The position numbers were made by a program, and so were the translations under genes. The notes beneath the pieces are model-generated. The model did no database searches. It had not been told where the DNA came from and saw nothing but the letters and a program-made list of their open reading frames with translations. DNA of 64,000 nucleotides from Octopus sinensis (taxonomy: Eukaryota): contig NC_042998.1 of assembly GCF_006345805.1 (NCBI RefSeq), positions 41,788,001-41,852,000 of the forward strand, in the 5' to 3' direction. Each line of letters starts with the position of its first letter. Position 1 is the stretch's first letter. Below, one piece after another: positions 26,322 through 38,421 of this stretch.

Positions 26322-27873
26322 AACTAAAAGAAGCTGAAAAGTTCATAGGCTGATATGAAGGAGTGATACTGGAGCTGTGAAATCTTGCATGCGTTAATTT
26401 CAACTCTTCTTATTAATAATTGCATTGTTTCTTTTCATTCCAGGTAAACTGACATCTGGCTCTTCAAAGAAGACTTGGAGAGTAACAAGTAGTTACTTCT
26501 CTTGAAAATGAACAAAATGGTATTGTGGTGTTATCAATCACCTGTAGGAAAAGGATTTAGCCCTCATAGACAGTCATGCCGACATGGTTACTACATTAGT
26601 ATTTGATGCTCCAGCTTTATCAACAGGGCAAAAATTGGCAGGTGAATTTAGAAAGGGAAAGGAGAGTCTTGAAGATGACCCAATGTTTGGATGCCACTGA
26701 GGAAAATATTGTGTTCATCACATGCTGATGAATGACTAGCAACTGACTATAAATCAAATAACCAATGCTATTAGCATATCCCTTGAGAGAGTTGAGAATA
26801 TTCTGCACAATGAACTTGGTATAATGAAGCTTTCTGCTTGGTGGGTGTTACATCTTCTGACATCTGATCAAAAGTACACTAGGCTGGTCACATCACAGAA
26901 GAGGCAGATCTAGCTGGTTTCCTAACCCAAGATAAGTGTTGGGTTCATCACTTTGAGCCAGAGACAAAGAGACAACCCATGCAATGGAAACACCATCCTC
27001 ACCTGCTCCAAAGAGGCCCAAGTTGTTTCATCTGCAGGGAAGGTGATGGCCTCAGTTTTTTGGGATGTAAAAAACATCGCGTTTATTGACTATCTTCAAA
27101 AGGGCCACACCATCAATGAAGCAGTTATAAAAGGCTGTCATGATCAAACACCAAGGAAAACTGATGAAAAGAGTCTTGCTTCATCAGAACAATGTTCCAG
27201 CACACAAGTCCTTGGTTTCAATGGCTGCTGTGCATGACTGTGGCTTTGAACTGGTTGATCACTTTCCCTCCCTATTTTCTTGATTTGACCCCCATCTGAC
27301 TACCTTCTGTTTTCCAACATGAAAAAACATTTAGCTGGAGACCAATATTGCAGTGATGACGTCATATCTGTTGTTGATGAATTTTTTACTAACAGGACAA
27401 AAGCTTCTTCAACAATAGGATCCAAGCACTGCAACACTGATGGAGGAACTGTATAGATCACATGGGGTGGGGGTAATGTTGAAAAATAAACCTCACCAAT
27501 ATTTTTCTGTCTATCTGTTTATCCCTATCGGTTTATTCATATCTGTCTGTCTTGCTTTGACTGGCTTCCATGCCAGTGGCATGTAAAAAGCACCATCCAA
27601 TCATGGTCGATGCTAGCTCGTCTGGCCCCTGTGCCGGTGGCACATAAAAAGCACCCACTAACTCTTGGAGTGGTTGGCATTAGGAAGGGCATCCAGCTGT
27701 AGAAACACTGCCAGATCTGATTGGGGCATGGTGCAGCCTCCTGGCTTCACAAACTCCAGTTGAACTGTCCAACCCATGCCAGCATGGAAAACGGACATTA
27801 AACGATGATGATGATTTGGTTACATTCCCTGAAAATATCTTGGTCAACCTATGAACTTTTCAAGTAACCCTCA
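26322..27873 (+). mobile_element. Decayed mariner (DD34D) transposon with a nested RTE tail
   Basis: TIR remnants 'ctgaaaagttcataggctga' (26334-26353) and 'tcaacctatgaacttttcaagtaaccctca|TA'. Remnants LEDDP, WVLHLLT, WVHHFEPETKRQ, PYFLDLTPSDY. Confidence 0.85.
27494..27814 (+). mobile_element. RTE 3' UTR/tail inserted between the mariner stop codon and right TIR
   Basis: 'gcccctgtgccggtggcacataaaaagcacccactaactcttggagtggttggc...aaacgatgatgatg'. Confidence 0.75.
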
Positions 27874-28173
27874 TATATGTATGTGTGTGTGTTACTGTCT
27901 CCTTGTTTTGTATGATTGTTGTAAATGTCTCACCACCATACAACTGGCGTCCTTCATTTCCATCCTTCTGTGAAAACGTATCCTGTCATGAGGAAATATT
28001 ACCTTACTTGGAAACAGGTGAAGGTTAGAAACAGAAAGAATTAACAGATTATGTAAGAAATAGAAAAATGTGGATATATTTTTCTGGAAATCCTTAAGAA
28101 TCAAGAAAAGGAGTGGAAGACATAAATTATATTAGAATGTCTTTAATAATTCTAGAATCTATTATTTTAGAAA

Positions 28174-28358
28174 CTGTAGAAGAGCAATAGGCTGTAGGTT
28201 GAAAAAATGTTGGTATCATTTATGGCAACGGTGCATATAACTTCATGCTTCTTGATTATGGATGAATGCATGTAGAGGTTGAATAATTTAAAGACAGATG
28301 CTAATTCAAAAGTATATTGTCTCAGATTAATGGATGTGATGTGATTGGATCTGTTTAA
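28174..28358 (-). repeat. Inverted copy of 22871-23055
   Basis: 184 of 185 positions identical by direct comparison. Confidence 0.95.
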
Positions 28359-28375
28359 TATTCAAATAAATAGGT

Positions 28376-28545
28376 GCATGTTAGGCAGTGTGGTAAGAAG
28401 CTTGCTTCCCAACCACATGGTTTTAGGTTCAGTTCCACTGTAAGAGCGCTTTGGGCAAGTGTCTTCTACTACAGCCCTGTGTCAATCAAAGCCTTGGGAG
28501 TGGATTTGGTAGATAGCAACTGTAAAAAGCCCATCATGTATATAT
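28376..28545 (+). mobile_element. SINE family B head
   Basis: 'gcagtgtggtaagaagcttgcttcccaaccacatgg...aaaagcccatcatgtatata'. Confidence 0.75.
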
Positions 28546-28580
28546 ATGTGTACCTCTCTCTCTGTATGTATATATGTGTA

Positions 28581-28613
<33 letters not shown>

Positions 28614-28709
28614 CTAGCTGTGTATAGAAATATATATATATATGGATATTTGAACCCTAACAGTTGATGCTCAGCCACCACAGTTTCACATGATTGATCT
28701 ACAAACCAA

Positions 28710-28810
28710 CCAATCAGTGTGAAGTTGTGGTGCGATATGCTTTTCTCAAGTTCTAAAATTTAACTCTTTGTCTCCTATAAAAACAGTTTGGTGCGTGACT
28801 CAGAGTCCAG
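28710..28810 (+). promoter_or_regulatory. CCAAT / TATAAAA / TGACTCA cluster (possible solo LTR or Pol II core promoter)
   Basis: CCAAT 28710-28714, TATAAAA 28776-28782, AP-1-like TGACTCA 28796-28802. Motif match only. Confidence 0.3.
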
Positions 28811-29184
28811 ATGGCTGACAGACTGCTGATGCCATGGACTGCTCTGGACTTTTGTGTAGACAATTCCCAGCACTCAGGCACACCACATATAGCTTTCTAC
28901 ATCCACAGAACAGTTTTTCTCTCTTCCTAGTCAGCAATTTTTAATATTGTTCATTGTAAATAACCAACGCCAAATATATTAGGTCTGGCAATAAATATCA
29001 AAGTTAAATGCTCGTGAATTTGCTTCAGTTATTATTCATGCTGTCTATGACATCCACATGTACTCTACAATAATGATAATTAAGCCATCCACTCTAGCAT
29101 TGGCAACTCGGATGTTTGAAGTATAATGTCTGATCAAAACATATCAGAACTGGTACTATAAAAAGAAAACTACAACATATATCT

Positions 29185-29432
29185 ATTCAGCTTTTAATTT
29201 CTTTTGAAGTAGTTGCCTTTTGAAGCTACACACTTTATCCAGCATCATTTCCATTGATGGAAGCATTCCAGGAACTCCTTGTTTGGGATAGCAAGCAGCT
29301 GCCTTGACACATTCTCATGGATTTTTGCAGGTCTTGAAATCTTGTTCCCTTCAAGTGGAATTTGATTTTTGCTTTGGTTTCCAGGGTAGAGCTATAGACC
29401 CATAATTCATCCTTTGTCATAACTGTTTTCAT
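29185..29432 (-). mobile_element. Mariner fragment with large internal deletion
   Basis: 'DELWVYSSTLETK' joined to 'KIKFHLKGTRFQD...ECFHQWK*CWIKCV'. Confidence 0.7.
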
Positions 29433-29641
29433 ATATATATATATATACATATATATGTGTGTGTGTATAATAGTAATATTAGGGAGTACATAATCTATTT
29501 ACTAATTATATACTGTTTATTTATTATTATGTACTTTATTGTGATCTAGATAAATGTTTTATTATATATTTTATTTTTTCTATATGGTGTTATTTACGTC
29601 TATCATTGTTTGAATTACATAATAGTGGTTTTTCTCTAATT

Positions 29642-29673
<32 letters not shown>

Positions 29674-29704
29674 TATATATATATACACATGTATATATAT
29701 ATAA

Positions 29705-29919
29705 GATTCAGTCATTTGACTGTGGCCATGCTGGAGTACCACCTTTAGTCAAGGAAATTGACCACAGGACTTATTCTTTGTAAACTTAGTAGTTATTCTA
29801 TCAATCGTTTTTGCCAAACTGCTAAGTTATGGAGATGTAAACACACCAACATAGGTTGTCAAGCGATGTTGGGGAACAAACAGACACACAAACATATACA
29901 CACATACATGCACACACAA

Positions 29920-29958
<39 letters not shown>

Positions 29959-30115
29959 CGACAGGCTTCTTTCAGTTTCCGTCTACCAAATCCACTCACA
30001 AGTCTTTGGTTGGCCCGAGGCTATAGCAGAAGACAGTTGCCCAAGGTGCCATACAGTGGGACTGAACCCAGAACCATGTGGTTAGTAAGCAAGCTACTAA
30101 CCACACAGCTACTCT
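29705..30115 (-). mobile_element. Complete SINE family B: tRNA-like head, internal (TA)/(TG) microsatellite, tail
   Basis: Head 30115-29958, microsatellite about 29880-29955, tail to 29705 (minus strand reads 'gcatggccacagtcaaatgactgaa'). Confidence 0.8.
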
Positions 30116-30126
30116 TGTGACTATAT

Positions 30127-30158
<32 letters not shown>

Positions 30159-30171
30159 AATACATATATTT

Positions 30172-30320
30172 GGCAGGCTTTCATATGGTTTCCATCTACC
30201 AAATTCACTTATAAGGCATTGGTTGGATTGGAGCTATAGTAGAAGACATTAGTTCTGTGCAGTGAGACTGAACCTGAAACCATGTGGTTGCAAAGTAAGC
30301 TTTTTAACCTCAGAGCCATC
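30172..30320 (-). mobile_element. SINE family B head
   Basis: 'ctaccaaattcact...gactgaacctgaaaccatgtggttg'. Confidence 0.65.
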
Positions 30321-31045
30321 TCAATTTAAAGGCTTATCTTTACAAAGGTGGGCTGTTGGATAATAAAAATAGTTGGATTATAACTAAATGCATTACACTT
30401 AATAGTTTTGTCCCATATGTCCAAGGGTTCAAATCTTTCCAAGATTGCTTGTATTTCATCTCTTTGAGGGTTAGTAAAAAAATAGTTTATATGTCCTGGC
30501 ATCAATTCAGTTGACCATAGTCCCTATAACATAAACTTGTGACAATATAAGAAAGCATTATTAAGTCAAATGGTATAGTAGAACAATTGAGGAAAGGAGA
30601 CAAGATAGCCAATTGATCCGAGTTCAAATACTACAAAGTCAACACTGTTTTGTCTACCCAGCTTTAATAAATAGATTAATGTAAGAAGTTAAATGAACTA
30701 CTATGTTCTCCTACAACAAAATAGGCTCTCTGACTCATAAAGCACTCAACATGGTTGTTTTTTTATTAGCCAAAAGCTCACCAAATGACAAAATCTTTAT
30801 AGGCTCCAAAAGACACCACAGTCTGAGAAGAATATTAAATGGGTTTTTTTTTCCGGTGGCTAGTAGGAAAACTTACCACTGACAAATTTGTTCTTGTATA
30901 TTTGAGATACTATGGCAAAAATGAGCTTTAAAACGACGAGTATTTTTCACTGGCCACATATCTAATGATTTGGAAATTGACTAACGACAAAAAATTCAGA
31001 CAAGATAAGACTGAGAAAAGAACCAATTAAAAATCATTATTCTTA

Positions 31046-31073
31046 TGACGTCAGTGGTTACTATTTCCGGGAA
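31046..31073. promoter_or_regulatory. Palindromic CRE (TGACGTCA) next to a STAT/GAS consensus (TTCCGGGAA)
   Basis: 31046-31053 and 31065-31073, about 1.2 kb upstream of the candidate CACNB start codon. Motif match only. Confidence 0.3.
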
Positions 31074-32272
31074 AAATAGACTTGTTTTATTTTCTTACTC
31101 CTTTCTTTTTCTGACTGAATTTCCCACTTGTTACCAATGACAGTGAATTCTATTACTGAAATAAAGAGAATGTAAATAAACAGTTCTGATTAAAGTGGCG
31201 AATACAGGCGTAGAAGCAGGTGGTGTACTACAAGAAAAATAATATGATATGATATAATATAATATAATATAATATAATATAATATAATATATATATATAT
31301 ATTAATTACACACACACACACATACAAGTACACACACAATAATAAAAAGAAAACAACCTAAAAAACGAAACCATGGGGTTTTGCCATAGCATGACCGAAA
31401 ACAGAAGGAACTTCCATAATTATCTTCGCTCGCACTTTCTAGCGCGTGCACCTTCCATTCATATTCTATTAATGATTCTCTCTGTGTGATATCTTTGATT
31501 GATACTTTCACTCTCGTCACAGACGCTCCTCTTTCTTCTCCTCTTTGACTGTCTTTCCTCCTCATTCCTTCCCTCTCTTGGATCTTCTTTTCTTCTCGAT
31601 TCCATTTAAGAGTACCTCCCTCTTTCCATTACAAGATCTCTCTTACTTCCAGAAAACCAGTTTATGGTTTTTCTCTCTCCAGCTATTTCTCTCCAACAAC
31701 CTCACGGATAATTTACCATTTCTTCTTGTTGTGCCTCGGTTATTCCTGCAAATCATATACAAAGCCAAGTTCAAGAAATACTCTATGTTAAAGGGAAACG
31801 AAAAAAAATTCCATTATCCGTGGGTGGAGTAACCCTAGGCTGTGCGAGTTAACGTCTTTTTCCTACCTTCCTCAAAGAATAAGATAATATCCTTACATAT
31901 TCATTCAAAACGCACACACGCACGCACACGTGCGTGCACACAAATATTCACACGCAAAACACACGCATACATACACATATATATATACGTGTGTGTGTGT
32001 GTATATATATATATATTTATATATATATATATATACATACATACATACATAATACTACATACATATATATAGATACAACCACACATATAATTTATATATA
32101 TATATTTTTTTATCTACACTTGCACTTATTCCTTGCTGGCTGGTTATTTTCGTACAACTCGCTATAATGCGGACCACCGACAGCTGCCAGTGGAAGTGGG
32201 TGTGTGCCATGTAAAGGAAGAAAAACCTGCATCTCCGTTTTGTCTGATGGAGCAGGGCGGCTGCTGTGTAAC

Positions 32273-32332
32273 ATGGCGCGACCCTCATCTCATTATCGAG
32301 AGTTAGATGGTGACATGCACACCGTAACACAG
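32273..32332 (+). CDS. CACNB: Probable first coding exon of the Ca2+ channel beta subunit ([20 protein letters not shown])
   Basis: Strong start context aacATGG. Ends CAG|gtagta in phase 0, matching the phase-0 acceptor at 39610. Vertebrate CACNB1 exon 1 also ends in Q before GKYSKRKG. The peptide itself is not recognised. Confidence 0.5.
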
Positions 32333-32344
32333 GTAGTACACACG

Positions 32345-32441
32345 TGTGTATGTGTTTGTGTGTGGATGGATGTGTGTGCGTATGTGTATATACATATATA
32401 TATATATATACATACATACATGTGTGTGTATATATATATAT

Positions 32442-32488
<47 letters not shown>

Positions 32489-32491
32489 TAC

Positions 32492-32524
<33 letters not shown>

Positions 32525-32538
32525 ATATATATATATAC

Positions 32539-32635
<97 letters not shown>

Positions 32636-32705
32636 GTATATATATATATGGATATACATACTGGATCCGTTGTTCATTTTTTATTTTGTACGCATTTTAT
32701 TATTA

Positions 32706-32759
<54 letters not shown>

Positions 32760-32765
32760 TATTAC
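32345..32765. repeat. (TG)/(TA)n and (TAT)n microsatellites
   Basis: Read directly. Confidence 0.95.
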
Positions 32766-33966
32766 CACTACTACTATTTTCATTTTTGTTTAAATTGTCT
32801 GTCAACAGATGGCTATATTTTAAATATTTGTCATTTAATATTAAAAAAAATAATAATTGTCCTTCCTTTTTTATTTCTTTTAAATCTGAAAGTCATCCAC
32901 TAAGTTTTGTTTATTCCCCTGTATCTTTCTTGAAAAAAACCTCAAAGCGCTTGTGTATTTAAAACTTAGTATTCATATTTGTCAAAGAATTGATCTCTAA
33001 TTCTATCGCTCATAGCGTAAAAAAAAAAGCACGCGCACATTCTCTCACTTTATTTCTGAGTGCGTGTTTATAAGAATCGCTCCCTCTATGATTTCTTTCT
33101 CTCTCACACACTCTCTCTCTCTGTCTATCTCTTCCTTCAGTCTTTCACCTTGTTTCTCTCTTCCTGTACGCGTGTGTTTACACACATGCATTTATATGTA
33201 CTTACGTATGTACGTACGTACGTATGTATGTATGTATGTATGTATGTATGTATGTATGTATGTATGTATGTATGTATGTATGTGTGTATGTGTGTGTGTG
33301 TGTGTGTGTGTATCTATGTATGTATGTATATATGGCCGCAGTCAAATGACTGAAACAAGTAAAAGAACACAAGAATATACACACACACACATATATATGG
33401 CGATGTGTGTGTGTAGTTTCAATATCTCTGTCACCTCTTTCTACGAGTTAAAGTACTCCATCTAATTGGTTTTGAAATGATGGTACTTTGAACAATATCT
33501 TATTTCTTTGGTTCGGCAGCACAGAATCAAATGAAAGATGTACAGGAAATAAGAAAAGCATTAGATTTACAGATAACCACTGATTAAAACCAATTCTAGT
33601 TAATTACATATCTTGCCCCTAAAACTGGTGACAACTTTTTATATTTTCGCAACTTAGTGTATGCATGCATATGCGTCTCTTTGTGTGTGTGTGTGTGTAT
33701 ATACATATTAAACCAATTATTTTCTCTTAATCTTTAATTTTTGTCATCATTTCCATAGTTTTCCGCCTCTTCGCACTATGTCGTTGCGATACTATAGCCA
33801 AGCCAATCACACATACACACGCACTTGCACACAAGCACAGACACACGCATTCTTATGTGTGAATATAAACACACTTGCATAAAGATGTGTTTGTGTTATA
33901 CATACATATATATAAAATGTGTATGTATGTTGTATATATATATATATATAATATAATATATATATA

Positions 33967-34007
<41 letters not shown>

Positions 34008-34443
34008 AATTGGTAGATAGATATTTACGTACATGTGTGTTAAGTGTGTGGGTGGATAGCTCATAAACGTGAGTATGTAATATGTAAGGCAAGATGCGAA
34101 AGAAAAAGCAAGGTGTAAAAGAAATATTAGCGATCTAAAATTTTAGCAGTTGTAGTCTTGGATCAAACATCTTGACAAGGCTTTTCCACACAAATGTTCA
34201 AAGATACTTATCAATATACGAATGTACGTACAATCTACAGTATATCATACACAGCTGTATAGAAAGAAACAGGTGTATGTGCATTATACACGTACATGCA
34301 TATATATATATATATATTACGTACATGCGCATGTTTGAGTTTGTACGGACTTACACGCACGCATCATTGAATTCACAAACAAGAGGAAAAGACACTCAAA
34401 TATTGAAGTAGAATTTAATTATATATAGCACTGATATTTCTAT

Positions 34444-34529
34444 GTTGCTACTCCGAGTTTAACGATTATTCGCTGATTACACAAATTGTTTCGTGATCAG
34501 CGAAAAATCGCGTCACTTGGAGCAGCAAC
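34444..34529 (+). ncRNA. Pri-miRNA-like hairpin (candidate; strand not established)
   Basis: GTTGCT a CTCCGAGT ttaa CGATTATTCGCTGATTAC [12-nt loop] GTGATCAGCGAAAAATCG cgtc ACTTGGAG c AGCAAC, about 32 bp of stem. Confidence 0.45.
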
Positions 34530-34566
34530 TCGTAATCTCAGCACGATAATAATAATATATATATAT

Positions 34567-34615
<49 letters not shown>

Positions 34616-35228
34616 ATATATATATAGTGTGTGAGTGAGAGAGAGAGAGAATGAGAGAGCGAGAGGAGAGACTATGTATGTATATTGCGTGTGTGCATAT
34701 TGAATCTTGCAATCTGATAGATAGACGGAGTGAATGAGATGTACAGAGAGAGATGGGGGAGCGAGTCGTTTCCATACCTACGCAAATACCCTTTCGTTGC
34801 TGATCTCCAGACGCAACTCCAGAGAATTAGCAAATAATAAGAGAATTACTGAAACAACAGGCTCTCTCCACTACTTAGTCTAGGATGAGAGAGCTTGTTG
34901 CTTGCTAAATATATTATTTTCTCCTCAGTCACTTCTTATTTCTTCATATCTAAATGTATTTTTTTCTCCTTTTGAAATTCCAAAAGTATTTATTTCCCCG
35001 TTTCCTTCTTTATATCTCCTTATAATTTAAGAACTCCTGTTTATAAATTAAGAACTGATGGGTAAAGTCAACATTTCTAAAACGATTAAAGTGGTAGTGC
35101 TAAAAGTGAAGGAATAGTAAGAGAAGATGACAGTTGTATAGCATTTTATTCCAATAAGGAAATCGCACTCTGTGTCCATTTTGCATTTTATATTTGTGTA
35201 TAATATATGTTGTGTGTGTGCATATATA

Positions 35229-35314
<86 letters not shown>

Positions 35315-36244
35315 TATTGCCGTTCTATGCTAATTTTCATCCGGTAATAAGCAATGTACTTTTTTCAGACAAAACGTTCCTCTTTTCGCTAAACTAAGAT
35401 AAAATAAATAAATAAATTCCCAGAAATTAGCTTGTTGCTGAATTAAGAAAGTAATTTCGGTATGACTTCAGCACCTTGCAGTCCCGAGTTCGAATTTCGC
35501 ACGGTTCAAATTTTCCCTATTATTTCTTCTGAGGATCGATATTAGGACTATTTAATAGATTATATTCCCTCCTCCACTTTCAAAATTCGCGTTGTAATTT
35601 CTCAGAAGAAATCGCTGTTGTTGTAGCATGTGTTGATGATATTGCGAATTTTATTACCGACTTTATAGAATTTACGACCTGGTTTCGATTCCCTTTTGGA
35701 ATAGCATCGCTAGTCACATTAGCATTTATGAAGGCGACAACCATATACGCGTATATTTCCTTGTCATACAATCAACATTGTTATCAAAAATAATTCAAAG
35801 TTATTTTTATTGATTAACCGGGTTCATTTCTAATTAGTTCATATTTCCAGAAGACAGGTGTCTTTTCTATTGTGAGTTCTTATTGGCACACCAGTCAGCC
35901 TTGACAAACGGTGTCTTATTAGTGTCATCCATCCTTTCTCCCACTCCATCACATATACGTGTGACTGATATTTTTTTGAAAAAAAAAAAAATCGTACGTG
36001 TGTGTGGATAGATGCAAAATTTCTCTCCTTCCCTTCCGTTTGTATGTGTGTATGAAAGAGAGAGAGAGAGGGAGAGAGAGAGAGAGAAAGAGAAATGGAA
36101 AGAATAGGGAGAGAGATAAGGTAGGTAGATATGTAGATAAATAGATAGATAAGTAGATAGGTAGGTAAATATATATTACTCAAAGAGATTCCTACTTCGT
36201 CTGATTTTCACGTTTTATTTACAATCTTATATAAAGGAAAAGAT

Positions 36245-36295
<51 letters not shown>

Positions 36296-36427
36296 AGGTG
36301 AAGGGGAACGTGAAACTCTGAGTAACAGCTTTTGTTTTCTGCTGCTTTTAAATAAAGCATATTACTCTACCTCTGGTATTTGAGTACTCTTTTTATTCCA
36401 CCTTGTTTCACATTTATGTGCTTACTC

Positions 36428-36458
<31 letters not shown>

Positions 36459-36562
36459 AAGAGAAGGGGGATGGAAAGAATGGGGTGAGCGATAAGGTAG
36501 GTAGATAGGTTGGTAGCTAGGTAGATATATGGATAGATAGATAGATAGAGATAGAAAGAGAG

Positions 36563-36665
<103 letters not shown>

Positions 36666-37039
36666 TATACAGACACGCACGGAAACATTTATAGATATAT
36701 ATATGCGCGTGCGTTAATAATTTGCTTCTGAACAGAATCGCAATGTCAAACACAAGCTTTAGAAGCAGTGACAGATGTGTGCGGCTTCTCTGTCAAACGA
36801 TTACACTTTTAGGTGACATTTTCTCAACGTCTGCGCAAAGAATATGTCGCAATTTTTTTTTCTTCAGTATAAATTCTTGATTATAAATTAAAATTCTCAT
36901 CTCGTGAGATTATTATGTCGTTGATTCTATAAGATTTTTTTTTTATCAGCAACAGATTTTAAACATTAATTCCTCTTTATTGGTTTGCGTGCAGATTTAT
37001 GTGTGAGTATGCGTGCATGTATGTGTATATGTATCTATG

Positions 37040-37068
37040 TGTAGATGCATATATATATATATATATAT

Positions 37069-37099
<31 letters not shown>

Positions 37100-37105
37100 T
37101 ATATA

Positions 37106-37137
<32 letters not shown>

Positions 37138-37271
37138 TATGTATATATATATATATATATATGTTATATATATATATATATAGTATATATATATATATAT
37201 TATATATATGTATATATATATATATGTATGTATATATATATGTATGTATAATATATATATATATGTATGTA

Positions 37272-37306
<35 letters not shown>

Positions 37307-37398
37307 ATGTATGTATATATATATCTATATATATATATATATATGTATATATATTATATATATGTATATATTATATATATGTATGTATATATATATAT

Positions 37399-37450
<52 letters not shown>

Positions 37451-37520
37451 ATATATATGTATGTATATATATAATATATATATATATGTATATATATACA
37501 TATACACACATATATATATA
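37040..37520. repeat. Degenerate (TA)n microsatellite
   Basis: Read directly. Confidence 0.95.
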
Positions 37521-37525
37521 TTTAC

Positions 37526-37616
37526 ACGGGTGGTGGTAAAGAATACGCACACCACCCGTTTTCGGAGTAACCCTCACCCGAAACGCCGAATACGGGTGGT
37601 GTGCGTATTCTTTACC
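37526..37616. repeat. GC-rich perfect inverted repeat (25-bp arms)
   Basis: GGTAAAGAATACGCACACCACCCGT (37535-37559) is the exact reverse complement of 37592-37616. Confidence 0.95.
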
Positions 37617-38033
37617 CTCGCCTATGTATATATGTGTGTATGAGCGTGCGTGCGTGTGTGTCTATGTATTTATGTGTGTATATTAGAATCTCTTTTGTAA
37701 CTTAGGCGGTGGAATAGCAGAAATTGTAGGGGTACTTTTTCAACACTTCAATTCTTCAAGTATTGTCGTTGCCAACTTAGCAATTCATCTTTGGGGGTGG
37801 TGGTCTGTAGAATAACTACCAGCCATTTACAAACATCGATTCAATCAACTATATCGCTCACATACATATTTGTAGCCTTGTGTCCTTTTTAAGTAAACTA
37901 TATACTTAGAAAATTTAGATATAAACCATTTTTCATTTAAATTTTCTGATACCAGTTATGGAAGTTATGTTTCTTAATCTCACTTTAGCAAACTGGCTTT
38001 CCAGATTATGAACGTTTGTCTTGATACACACTA

Positions 38034-38146
<113 letters not shown>

Positions 38147-38181
38147 ATTGTTTGTAAAACATTGTTTTCTTAAATCTAAAG

Positions 38182-38421
38182 CAGGGGTCCTCAACTGGGG
38201 TCCACATAAGATTTTGCTATTAAAATTTATGTGCAGTAAATCAGTAAAACCTCTAAAATACACAATATTTGAACAATTTTTTTTATACAGTTCCTAATAT
38301 TTAATTATAAAAATATGTGGCTTTTTAAAGCATCGAATGTCTGTGGGGATCCAGTAGCGTAAGATACGATTCAAAGGGGTCCATTGGAAAAAAAAAAAAA
38401 AAAAATGGTTGAGAATCACTG
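38182..38421. mobile_element. hAT (Charlie-like) MITE
   Basis: CAGGGGTCCTCAAC ... GTTGAGAATCACTG termini. Related copy at 44625. No 8-bp TSD recovered. Confidence 0.65.

Noticed and set aside
27357-27364. Second perfect CRE (TGACGTCA)
   Set aside because: It lies within mariner coding remnants (DDVI codons) and is incidental.
31826-31836. GGAGTAACCCT shared with the loop of the 37.5-kb hairpin
   Set aside because: One 11-mer match is expected by chance in 64 kb.
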